A stretch of DNA of 64,000 bases from a virus. Positions 1 through 8,572 of this stretch are shown one piece after another. Position numbers and translations under genes: made by a program. Within the stretch, counting starts at the first letter, position 1. Every line of letters begins with the position of its first letter. The notes below the pieces were generated by a model. That model had not been told where the DNA came from. It did no database searches and saw nothing but the letters and a program-made list of their open reading frames with translations. Where the stretch lies: IMG/VR virus record IMGVR_UViG_3300028581_000013; one strand, 5' to 3'.

Positions 1-273
1 ATGACACCCTATGAGATACGGCTAGAACTCTTAAAAATGGCCAAAGAAATGCTCACCGATGACTATTATGGCAAGCGTGAAGTTATTTCAAACGAGTGGA
101 CAACCAAGGTAGAAGAATCCAAGATTAACGGAACTCCTTCACCACAACACCCAGGTTTTCCACCATTTCCCTCCGAAGAAGAAATCATTAAAAAAGCAGA
201 GATGCTCAATGGTTTCGTTTCGCAAACCCCTCCACAACCTGAAGTAAAAATTACAAAGAAAACGAATTCGTAA
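1..273 (+). CDS. hypothetical phage protein (90 aa)
   Basis: ORF starting MTPYEIRLELLKMAKEML; no functional motif; starts at the window edge, so the start is uncertain. Confidence 0.7.
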   Translation: MTPYEIRLELLKMAKEMLTDDYYGKREVISNEWTTKVEESKINGTPSPQHPGFPPFPSEEEIIKKAEMLNGFVSQTPPQPEVKITKKTNS

Positions 274-284
274 TTGGAGACCAA

Positions 285-306
285 GGCGGTCAGATGTTTG
301 GCCGCC
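285..306 (+). promoter_or_regulatory. GC-rich intergenic RNA hairpin
   Basis: GGCGGTCAG-ATGT-TTGGCCGCC, 9-bp stem with two G-U pairs; no U-tract follows. Confidence 0.5.
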
Positions 307-326
307 GCAATCAATAAGGAAGAAAG

Positions 327-869
327 ATGTTTAAATTTAACACACAGAAGTTTAACACATTAGCAGTAATATTAGCTGTATTAACAATAGTATATACAGC
401 ACCAACTCTATCGAGAGAGTTTATTACAAATACAACACAAAAACAAGTATCAGCGGATTATTTAAAACAAGTTGAATGCCTCGCCAAAAATATTTACTAT
501 GAGTCCGCAGGTGAATCTTATGAGGGTAAATTGGCCGTAGCACAGGTCACAATGAATCGTGTTAAGAGTGGTCAATTTCCTACAGACATATGCGCTGTTG
601 TTTATCAAAAAACAACGGATCAAAATTTAAGAACCGTATGCCAATTTTCATGGACTTGTATGGTCAAAGAAATGGTACATGGACAGGATCGGTATAGATG
701 GGAAGAATCTCTACTAATTGCAAAAAGAGCATTGACAGTTTCAGTTTTACATGATAAAATAGCAGAAACAAACGCATTGTATTACCATGCAGTTTATGTA
801 AATCCTGGCTGGAATAAACAAAAGGTTGTAACGAAAATAGGTAATCATATATTTTACAGTAGAATTTAA
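327..869 (+). CDS. SleB/CwlJ-like cell wall hydrolase (Hydrolase_2) with N-terminal hydrophobic segment
   Basis: Motifs CLAKNIYYES.GE, AVAQVTMNRV, ICAVVYQ, CQFSW, ALYYHAVYVNPGW, IGNHIFY. Confidence 0.9.
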   Translation: MFKFNTQKFNTLAVILAVLTIVYTAPTLSREFITNTTQKQVSADYLKQVECLAKNIYYESAGESYEGKLAVAQVTMNRVKSGQFPTDICAVVYQKTTDQNLRTVCQFSWTCMVKEMVHGQDRYRWEESLLIAKRALTVSVLHDKIAETNALYYHAVYVNPGWNKQKVVTKIGNHIFYSRI

Positions 870-872
870 ATT

Positions 873-1094
873 ATGCCTAATCGTGAAGAAATTAAAAAAT
901 TTAGTATGATGATTGAACAAATGGTAACAGATAAACGAATAGGTTATATGGACGCTATCTGTCACCATTGTAAAGAAACTGGTTTAGAAGTTGAAGTGGC
1001 TGCCACCTTAATCTCATCCGCTCTGAAAGCAAAGATTAAAGAAGAGGCACAAGATAACAATATGTTGAAGAAAAGTTCTAAACTGCCTATATGA
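873..1094 (+). CDS. gp33: late-transcription coactivator, T4 gp33-like
   Basis: YMDAICHHC....LEVEVAATLIS..LKAKI..EA...N.L....KLPI pattern; synteny with gp59 and gp32. Confidence 0.85.
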   Translation: MPNREEIKKFSMMIEQMVTDKRIGYMDAICHHCKETGLEVEVAATLISSALKAKIKEEAQDNNMLKKSSKLPI

Positions 1095-1690
1095 AAAGAA
1101 TGTTGTGTAAGATACCACACATAATTCATATAGAAAACTTTTTAACAAATGATGAATGTGATGATATCACCAAAGCCGGTGATCCTTTACTGACGGATTC
1201 AAATGTCGTAAATGTTGATACTGGTTTCAATGAAAAGATGGACAGTTTTAGAATTAGTAAAGACTGTTGGTTTGATCATGGTAATCCTCTAGTAGTAAAT
1301 CTCCACGATAAAATAGAAAAAGAAATAGGTATCAGTAAGAAAAGATTTGAAGCCTTAACAATGCTTCGTTATGATATTGGTGGTCGTTATGTACCACATT
1401 GGGATTACTTTGAAGATGTGATACCAACATATAATGATATTGTTGCTGGTGTTGGTAATAGAGTAGGCACAGTTATTGTTTACCTCAATGATGTTGAAGA
1501 AGGTGGTCAAACCACATTCACAAAATTAAATCTATCGGTTGACCCCAAAAAAGGAAGTATGTTATACTTTCGATATGATTACAAAAATAAAAATGATAAC
1601 ATAAACACAATGCATTCAGGTGAACCGGTGATAAAAGGTCACAAATATATTGTAACAACTTGGATTAGGGAACTTCCGTTTTCATTATGA
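1091..1690 (+). CDS. prolyl 4-hydroxylase-like 2OG-Fe(II) oxygenase
   Basis: HxD (HWDYF), RVGTVIVYLNDVEEGGQTTF, distal His (HSGEPV), K..VTTWIR. Confidence 0.88.
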   Translation: MKRMLCKIPHIIHIENFLTNDECDDITKAGDPLLTDSNVVNVDTGFNEKMDSFRISKDCWFDHGNPLVVNLHDKIEKEIGISKKRFEALTMLRYDIGGRYVPHWDYFEDVIPTYNDIVAGVGNRVGTVIVYLNDVEEGGQTTFTKLNLSVDPKKGSMLYFRYDYKNKNDNINTMHSGEPVIKGHKYIVTTWIRELPFSL

Positions 1691-2295
1691 TTGAGAATTC
1701 AGGCTTTGCTGCGTTTGCGATGTTTCATGCAATGAAATTGCATTTTACATCCGACAGTTATGATTACATCAAATACAATGGTAAGACCAATGTTACCAAA
1801 ACAACATTCTCTACCAGAAAAGACAAATATTCATTCTACCGATTATCTCGTAAATTTGGATTGACAGAATTAAAAGATTATTATATTGCCAATTTTTTGG
1901 TAGATGATGTTCAATGGGTTGGTGATATATTAGGACCAGAATCCGAAGAAAATTACAAAAAGTGGCAGAAAAGAATACAAAGCTTGACTTATACCTTTGA
2001 AAATGATATAATTGTATTATTGAATAAAGTAGAGAATCCAAATGATTTATTGGTGGTAAGAAGCAATGAATTTCCTAAGTTGATGCAATATACTACACAA
2101 GGAGATGTAACACTTGAAACACTTATCATTTTGAACGACCTAATGAATTTTTTCCCAATGTGGGAAAAAGAAATATATGATGATATTGTTTGGCCTAATT
2201 TTAAAACCAAATGTGTGAAGTATAAACCATTTCTACATTATGATAAAGAAAAGTTCAAACAAATTTTGAAAGAAAAGATTAAAGAATATGCATAA
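1687..2295 (+). CDS. gp59: helicase loader, T4 gp59-like
   Basis: AMKLHFTSDSYDYIKYNGK, F..RKDKY.F.RL, C-terminal KYKPFL; synteny. Confidence 0.9.
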   Translation: MIENSGFAAFAMFHAMKLHFTSDSYDYIKYNGKTNVTKTTFSTRKDKYSFYRLSRKFGLTELKDYYIANFLVDDVQWVGDILGPESEENYKKWQKRIQSLTYTFENDIIVLLNKVENPNDLLVVRSNEFPKLMQYTTQGDVTLETLIILNDLMNFFPMWEKEIYDDIVWPNFKTKCVKYKPFLHYDKEKFKQILKEKIKEYA

Positions 2296-2773
2296 GATTA
2301 CCAAGATTTACTTAGACATGGATGGTGTGATTGCAGATTTCAATAGACGATACAAAGAATTGTATAAGATTGAACCAAAAGAAGCAGACACATATAAAAC
2401 CTTTGATAAGTTTTTCACCATGTTCATTGCTGACAGACAATTTGCCAAATTGGATTTAATGCCTGATGCCATGGAGTTAATTAACTATCTCAGGTCATTG
2501 CCAATACCAACGGAAATTCTATCTTCAACATCATCTGAAAAGCGTGATGCAGAGATTAGAGAACAAAAGATTGATTGGTTGAATAAACACAACCTTGAGT
2601 TTCCCGTTAACTTGGTACCAGGTAAAAGATTAAAGAGAACTTTCTCTAATGTAAATTCGCTATTGATTGATGATACCTCACAGAATATCGATCAATGGCG
2701 AGTAGAGGGTGGTATTGGTATACTTCACACAGACACCATTACTACCATCGGTATTTTGAAAATGTATGCTTGA
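2288..2773 (+). CDS. HAD-family 5'(3')-deoxyribonucleotidase-like protein
   Basis: YLDMDGVIADF (DxD motif I), LLIDD motif, W...GGIGILH. Confidence 0.8.
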   Translation: MHKITKIYLDMDGVIADFNRRYKELYKIEPKEADTYKTFDKFFTMFIADRQFAKLDLMPDAMELINYLRSLPIPTEILSSTSSEKRDAEIREQKIDWLNKHNLEFPVNLVPGKRLKRTFSNVNSLLIDDTSQNIDQWRVEGGIGILHTDTITTIGILKMYA

Positions 2774-2798
2774 CATTGGATAAATATTCTTATATAAT
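2770..2798 (+). promoter_or_regulatory. consensus sigma70-type promoter for gene 32
   Basis: TTGACA (2770-2775), 17 nt, TATAAT (2793-2798). Confidence 0.85.
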
Positions 2799-2864
2799 GA
2801 ATAATGTGGATAAGTCGTTTTAATAATACACCGTTAATACTCCGTTTATACGAAAGGAAATACT

Positions 2865-3749
2865 ATGAGTTTTGCTAATCTCAAACGCCAATCTGGCAAC
2901 CTCGACAAACTATCTAAAGCAATCGAGGCTCTCAATACTTCAACCGAAGGCTCTGATAAACCTGATAATTTTTGGAAATGTGAAGTGGACAAAGCTGGCA
3001 ACGGCATGGCTACGATTCGCTTTCTGCCTGCTTCTGCAGCGGATGGTGAAGATGGTTTACCATGGGTCAAAATCTTCTCACATGGATTTCAAGGTCCAGG
3101 TGGATGGTTGATTGATAATTGCTTGACAACCAAAGACCAAAAATGTCCAGTTTGTGAACACAATTCTGCATTATGGAATTCTGGTATAGAAGCGAATAAA
3201 GACATTGTTCGCAAACAGAAACGTAAACTAAATTACATTGCAAACGTTTATATTGTATCCGACCCAAAACATCCTGAAAATGAAGGTCAGGTCAAATTGT
3301 TTAAGTTTGGTAAAAAGATTTTTGATAAGATTACTGAGGCCATGAATCCTCAATTTGAAGATGAAACACCAATCAATCCATTTGATTTATGGAAAGGTGC
3401 TAACTTTAAATTAAAAATTCGTAAAGTTGAAGGTTATCAGAACTATGACAAATCTGAATTCGAATCACCATCTGCATTATTGAGTGATGATGAAGAATTG
3501 GAAAAGATTTGGAAGTCTGAATACTCTTTGACCGAAATGATTGCTGATAAAGAATTCAAATCATACGATACTTTAAAACAACGCCTTGATAAAGTTCTAG
3601 GTCTCAATGGTGAAGCACCAAAGACAACTGTAGAACAAGTGAAAGCTGCTAATGTTGGTAAGAAAACAGTAGCAGAAGATTCACCTTTCAAGGATGATTT
3701 AGAAGATGATGATATGGCTTATTTCAGTAAGCTTGCTGAAGAAAATTAA
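2865..3749 (+). CDS. gp32: single-stranded DNA-binding protein, T4 gp32-like
   Basis: DKAGNG.A.IRFLP, HGFQGPGGW.IDNCLTT...KCPVCE zinc site, FDLWKGANFKLKI, acidic tail. Confidence 0.97.
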   Translation: MSFANLKRQSGNLDKLSKAIEALNTSTEGSDKPDNFWKCEVDKAGNGMATIRFLPASAADGEDGLPWVKIFSHGFQGPGGWLIDNCLTTKDQKCPVCEHNSALWNSGIEANKDIVRKQKRKLNYIANVYIVSDPKHPENEGQVKLFKFGKKIFDKITEAMNPQFEDETPINPFDLWKGANFKLKIRKVEGYQNYDKSEFESPSALLSDDEELEKIWKSEYSLTEMIADKEFKSYDTLKQRLDKVLGLNGEAPKTTVEQVKAANVGKKTVAEDSPFKDDLEDDDMAYFSKLAEEN

Positions 3750-3795
3750 TGATGGGTTGTTTGTGAATTTTTAACTTTGATTGAAAGGAAATAAA

Positions 3796-3924
3796 ATGAA
3801 GTATCTCGTATCTCTACTCGCAGCAGCATTTGCAGTAACCGCCTTTGCTCAAGCTCCTAAGAAGGAAGAGCCAAAGAAGGAAGCTCCTAAAGCAGAAGTT
3901 AAGAAAGACGAAAAGAAGAAGTAA
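3796..3924 (+). CDS. small secreted Lys/Glu-rich peptide (42 aa), absent from the ORF track
   Basis: MKYLVSLLAAAFAVTAFA-QAPKKEEPKKEAPKAEVKKDEKKK; Shine-Dalgarno GAAAGGA upstream, terminator downstream. Confidence 0.8.
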   Translation: MKYLVSLLAAAFAVTAFAQAPKKEEPKKEAPKAEVKKDEKKK

Positions 3925-3937
3925 TCTTTTCTTACTT

Positions 3938-3972
3938 AAAAGAAACCCCGCTTAGGCGGGGTTTTTTATTTT
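3938..3972. terminator. bidirectional intrinsic terminator
   Basis: AAACCCCGC-TTAG-GCGGGGTTT with A-rich left flank and T-tract right flank, between convergent operons. Confidence 0.9.
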
Positions 3973-5935
3973 ATACTGGTCGTTTGTTTTGTCGTTGAAC
4001 TCGTAACAAAGTTGGATCATCAATTCTAGGTGAAACTGAACCATCAATAGCAACACCACCACCGCCACCAGAATTATTTCCAATCGATTGTGAATTATCG
4101 ATAATAGTTGTATTCATTGCAGGAGCGGCCGCCATTTTAATTTCAGCATTCTTACTCATAGTTGATTCTAACTGTGAATCGGTTCTACCACCAGAAGATA
4201 CAGGTGTTACCTTTGGTGCTGGTGGTGTGGCTGCAGGTGATGCTGATGATGGTGTGGCTGCAGGCATTGGTTGATTTGTATTTGAACCTTTGACTGTTGG
4301 TGTTTCTGTCGTTGCTTCCACAGGTTTATTGTTTTCTTCAGGTGTAGTGGTAACAACAGGTTCAACTTCTCCACTAGAATTAGAAATGTGTTCAAATAAC
4401 TTTTCACTAATTGCTTTACCTGCCTTTTTACCGCCAACATAACCTAATGCGGCGCCCGTTGCACCGCCTAAGAAGGCACCAATTGGTCCACCAACTGAAC
4501 CAATAGTTGCACCGATAGTAGCACCCATTGATGTACCAGCACCAGCGGCAATTATTTGAGCAGCACTAGAGACCATAACTTCTCTTAGTTGTTTATCATC
4601 TATCTTACCTTCTTCTCTATCTGCTATAGCCTGTTTCATTGTTTCCATCATTTCAAATGCACCAGCAATACCACCAATAAAAGGCAATTTAGTAAAATAT
4701 TTTAGAACACCTTTAGCACCTTTTAATACTTTAGACATCTTTGTTGCTTTAGGTTTTTCTTCAACCTTTTCTACTTTCGTAGCTTTCTTTTCTTCTTCGT
4801 ATTTCTCTTTACCTTTTTTGGTTGCCTTCTCAGCAGTCTTATTGGGTTTTTCTCCTGTTTTCTTTTCACCTTCTGCTGGTTTTTCTCCAGGTTTTTGTTC
4901 TGCTGGCTTTGGTTCAGCTGGCTTAGGTTCTGCTGGTTTAGGCTCAGCAGTTCCTGGTTTTGGTTCTGACGGAATAGTTGGAGTTTTAATGCCTCTTAAT
5001 CTATCTAAAAGGCTTTTTAATCCTAATACTCCTCCAATTTCACCAATTAAGGTCATTAAAGGTCCAATTACACTCCACAATCCACTCCATATGCTGGATA
5101 TAACTCCAAGCAACATATTTTTTGCAGTTTCAATTAACCCTTTGATGAAATCGAATAGGCCACCACTTTCTTCTTTTTTTGCTTCAGTTTTTACTACAGC
5201 AAAAGATCCTAAAGATTTTATCGCATTAATCAATTCTTTGTTACGTTTTTCTTTTTCTTTTTCACGTATTTTCTTAAAACTTTTTTCTATTTGATATCTT
5301 TTTAAAGAATTAATTTGTTCGGCTTTAATTAAATTATACATTCTTGCTAATATAGTAGCAATACCGTCACCTTTTTTCATAGATTGTGTATTGCCTTCTG
5401 AAATGGCAGAATACAAACCTACATCGGATTTGTTTAATTTTTCATTGATATATGCTGGCTTTGGTTTGGTTTCTTTTGCTTTCTTGTCGCCAGCAAAATA
5501 ACTAATATCTTCTTTACTTCTTCCAGTCATTCGACCTAATAAAGCAGAGCCTAATTTTCCAGTTAATATCTTTGCAATGTTTAACGGATCAAATTTTTCT
5601 TTTAGACCGGTTGAACGTGCTTGCATTTTTTCTGAAATGCCTGATTTGATGGAAGTTAATACACCTTTATCTTCTACCAATTTTTCTGTAATCAAATCTT
5701 TTAATGATTTCTTTCTAATCTGTGATGCCTGTTTATACGACATTTTCTTTTCTGTTGTGTCCGTAATAGAAGCTTCATCTTGTTTTTTTGGTTTACCTAA
5801 TTTACCCATTTCTTCTTTTGTAGCCGCACGAATATAACTGCCGGTTTCAGCTAAAAGAAACCAATGGCCTTTCTTATTAAAGGCGTTAGGGTTCCATGAG
5901 AAAGTATCTTGACCTAATGTTTTTATTATAACCAT
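3971..5935 (-). CDS. putative tape-measure/baseplate-hub (gp29-like) protein, paralog 2
   Basis: Downstream of gp26/gp51; helical Lys-rich, GA-rich hydrophobic stretch (GAGTSMGATIGATIGSVGGPIGAFLGG), PAEPK repeats. Confidence 0.55.
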   Translation of the reverse strand: MVIIKTLGQDTFSWNPNAFNKKGHWFLLAETGSYIRAATKEEMGKLGKPKKQDEASITDTTEKKMSYKQASQIRKKSLKDLITEKLVEDKGVLTSIKSGISEKMQARSTGLKEKFDPLNIAKILTGKLGSALLGRMTGRSKEDISYFAGDKKAKETKPKPAYINEKLNKSDVGLYSAISEGNTQSMKKGDGIATILARMYNLIKAEQINSLKRYQIEKSFKKIREKEKEKRNKELINAIKSLGSFAVVKTEAKKEESGGLFDFIKGLIETAKNMLLGVISSIWSGLWSVIGPLMTLIGEIGGVLGLKSLLDRLRGIKTPTIPSEPKPGTAEPKPAEPKPAEPKPAEQKPGEKPAEGEKKTGEKPNKTAEKATKKGKEKYEEEKKATKVEKVEEKPKATKMSKVLKGAKGVLKYFTKLPFIGGIAGAFEMMETMKQAIADREEGKIDDKQLREVMVSSAAQIIAAGAGTSMGATIGATIGSVGGPIGAFLGGATGAALGYVGGKKAGKAISEKLFEHISNSSGEVEPVVTTTPEENNKPVEATTETPTVKGSNTNQPMPAATPSSASPAATPPAPKVTPVSSGGRTDSQLESTMSKNAEIKMAAAPAMNTTIIDNSQSIGNNSGGGGGVAIDGSVSPRIDDPTLLRVQRQNKRPV

Positions 5936-5938
5936 TTT

Positions 5939-7642
5939 TTATATTGTTGTTTCTAAAACTGGATAATCGTCAATCTGTGCTGTACTTATAATTTGTCTGG
6001 ATTGACCACCACCAGCATTAATGATTGTTTTGGTATTGTTTACTGCTATATTTGTTACAGGTACTTGTTCTTTTAATTCTTGATTTTGTTTCGACATAGC
6101 ATATACAGCCTCACCAGAAGGTGAACTGGTGAAGGCTTCAACTTTGGCCATTTGTTCAGCACCAAACCCTCTTGTTAAATCTACACTGGCACCAACGATT
6201 GCTTTAGTTATTTCGTTATTCGCTTCTGATTGGCTCTTAAATGAATTTACTCTACTACCTAATTTATTTTTAACAAAAGCTGCAACAATTTTTGGTGCCA
6301 ATACTGAATCATTTACTAAGTCTGGATTGGAAACTAAATCGGCACCAATTTGTTTACCAATTCTGTTATAGTTATCTTTTCCTGTCAATTGAATCAGACC
6401 ACGGCCACGATATTTAAATCCATCACCTGGTTCTTTATTACCTAACTCTTGACCTTTGGCAGTCTGATAACCGTAAACTGTTTCAAAAAATTTAGAATCA
6501 TCTTTTTTAATTTCATTTAGTTGGTCATCTGTAAGACCTGCAACTCTACTGCCAAATATTTTACGGATTCTATCGTTTGAAGTATTGGCATAACCAGTTT
6601 CATATTTTGCAGTAAATCCTGATTCTTTACCAACATTACCTAAAATAGCTTTTTGTGCATACTCATTTGTTATACCAACTTCAGCCAAAGCCGATCCTAT
6701 ACCAGCGACCACTGCGGCAGTACCACCAATGGCCGCCGCACCTCCTACAGAAGGTGTTGGAATTTTAGTTGCTTTGGCAGCTTCAACCACACCAGCGACT
6801 GGCTTATCTATTTCTTTTGTTATTTTTGGTACAGTCTTTGTTGGTTGTATAATTTTTTCTGCTTTACTAACAACCGTGGCCACACCTGGAATATCTTTGG
6901 CTTTAGTAACGGCTTTACTAACAACAGTAGTTACTACTGGTGCGGCTGCAGAGGTGGTTGCAACAGTAGGTGATGTAACTGTGGATGCAGGTGTTTCTGG
7001 TTTCTTTGATTCTTCAGGTTTTTTTGTAGGCGGCTCTTCAATTTTTAAATCTTTTTTGACTTTTTCAATATCCGTTTTTGCTGGTTTTTTATCTTTTAAT
7101 TTTTTAATTTCATTAATTAAATTTTCATGCCGTTTGGCATCTTCTGCTTGAACTTCTTCTTCAAAATTATAGTCTAACTCACGATTTAAATTTTCTTTTT
7201 CATAAAAGGTTTTCATGACATTAACCAAACGAGCGGCTACAGTAGCCACATTATCACCTTTTTGTAATGAACCTCTTTGACCTTCTCTAATTTTACTATA
7301 AAAGGCAGTTTCTACATTGCCAACTTTAGTTTCTTGTGGTTGTGTAAAAGAATAAGGTTTCTCACCTTTTTTTCTATTTTTATTGAAGAAGTATTGCATA
7401 TCTTCAGGTTTTCTACCTGTTATCTTACCTAAGAAAGCCATACCAAGATTACCCGTTAATATCTTTGCAATGTTTAACGGATCAAATTTTTCTTTTAAAC
7501 CTGTAGTTTTTGCTTTGAATGATTCAGATACGCCTCCACCAATGGATTGACCAAATCCTTGGCCAGCGACTAATCTATCGGTAATAGTACCTAAGACTCC
7601 TCGTTTTCTGGTTGTCGCTGCTTGTTCGTATTTGCTTATCAT
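5939..7642 (-). CDS. putative tape-measure/hub protein, paralog 1, with GH19 (chitinase/endolysin-like) domain
   Basis: GNVGKES, LGNKEPGDGFKYRGRGLIQLTGKDNY, DLVSNPDLV = GH19 motifs; N-terminus paralogous to 3971-5935. Confidence 0.75.
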   Translation of the reverse strand: MISKYEQAATTRKRGVLGTITDRLVAGQGFGQSIGGGVSESFKAKTTGLKEKFDPLNIAKILTGNLGMAFLGKITGRKPEDMQYFFNKNRKKGEKPYSFTQPQETKVGNVETAFYSKIREGQRGSLQKGDNVATVAARLVNVMKTFYEKENLNRELDYNFEEEVQAEDAKRHENLINEIKKLKDKKPAKTDIEKVKKDLKIEEPPTKKPEESKKPETPASTVTSPTVATTSAAAPVVTTVVSKAVTKAKDIPGVATVVSKAEKIIQPTKTVPKITKEIDKPVAGVVEAAKATKIPTPSVGGAAAIGGTAAVVAGIGSALAEVGITNEYAQKAILGNVGKESGFTAKYETGYANTSNDRIRKIFGSRVAGLTDDQLNEIKKDDSKFFETVYGYQTAKGQELGNKEPGDGFKYRGRGLIQLTGKDNYNRIGKQIGADLVSNPDLVNDSVLAPKIVAAFVKNKLGSRVNSFKSQSEANNEITKAIVGASVDLTRGFGAEQMAKVEAFTSSPSGEAVYAMSKQNQELKEQVPVTNIAVNNTKTIINAGGGQSRQIISTAQIDDYPVLETTI

Positions 7643-7833
7643 TTACCTTGTCTTTGCTTTATCTTTTCGTTTTCTTCTTCAATGAATTGTATAAGCATAT
7701 TAACGTAAATATCACGTTCCCAAGGTATCATATTTTCAAGTTCAGTCAAACTATACTTGTGATGTTGCATCAAGGAAAAGTTTGTTTTATAATAATTTCT
7801 TAAATTGTCATGACGAAATGTTAACCGAAAAAA
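7639..7833 (-). CDS. gp51: gp51-like baseplate hub assembly protein; possibly expressed as a -1 frameshift extension of gp26
   Basis: NYYKTNFSLMQHHKYSLTELENMIPWERDIYV; ATG at 7770 lacks an SD; frame is open back through the slippery site at 7833-7827. Confidence 0.75.
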   Translation of the reverse strand, partial: FFRLTFRHDNLRNYYKTNFSLMQHHKYSLTELENMIPWERDIYVNMLIQFIEEENEKIKQRQGK

Positions 7834-8546
7834 TTGTCTAACCCTTCCACCTCTATCGTGTGGTTGTATCCACACTTACCACAAGTAGTATTAATAACCT
7901 TATTCATTGTTGGTAGGTTATTAAAAAAGTTTTCAATCTTTGCAAATTGATCTTGATTTAAAGACTCAACAAATTCTATCAATTCTGCTGGATCAGTTTC
8001 TTTTGAATAATAATATTGTTCACCATCAAAAATATATTCTATACTCTCAACAATCATTTGAAATGCCATGTCTGTGGCACTACTAAACTTTGTTGCTCTT
8101 TCTAACATAGAAAATTCTGGATACTTTAACTTAATGGCAATTATGTCGGTTAATTGAACAATATCTTTAGCATCTTCTTTAAATTCAACTTTGATGTCAA
8201 GAAGATTAACAGATGTGTCCATCAAATTACCACAAGGTTTGTCATTAACTTCATTTTCACAACGATATTTGGTTTCAATTACTTCACCAACCGAACGTGC
8301 TCTCAAATTAATAAAGTAAAATTCAACATCAATAATAGGTAATGAATCAATGTCAACATTGGGTGTCAAAGTACAATTGTGTAAAACTTGCCTGATGTTT
8401 TTTTCAATTGTTTCTTTATCATCTGACTCCATTGCCATCATTAAGTTTCTTTGTTCTTTTACAAGAAACGGCCTAAATCGAATATGTTTCTTCGATAAAG
8501 GTAAATCTATTTCATATACTGGTGCATCAATTTTTGGTAAAGCCAT
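7821..8546 (-). CDS. gp26: baseplate hub assembly protein, T4 gp26-like
   Basis: MALPKI..P.YE..LP, FRPFLVKEQ, LRARSVGE, CxxC near the C-terminus, ends EGLDNFFG. Confidence 0.9.
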   Translation of the reverse strand: MALPKIDAPVYEIDLPLSKKHIRFRPFLVKEQRNLMMAMESDDKETIEKNIRQVLHNCTLTPNVDIDSLPIIDVEFYFINLRARSVGEVIETKYRCENEVNDKPCGNLMDTSVNLLDIKVEFKEDAKDIVQLTDIIAIKLKYPEFSMLERATKFSSATDMAFQMIVESIEYIFDGEQYYYSKETDPAELIEFVESLNQDQFAKIENFFNNLPTMNKVINTTCGKCGYNHTIEVEGLDNFFG

Positions 8547-8572
8547 TTTATTATCACTCCTCTAAAAAAATA

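Noticed and set aside
7834-7875. ORF-track start for the gp51-like gene (MWIQPHD...)
   Set aside because: Non-ATG start inside gp26 with no convincing SD; a frameshift or the ATG at 7770 is more plausible
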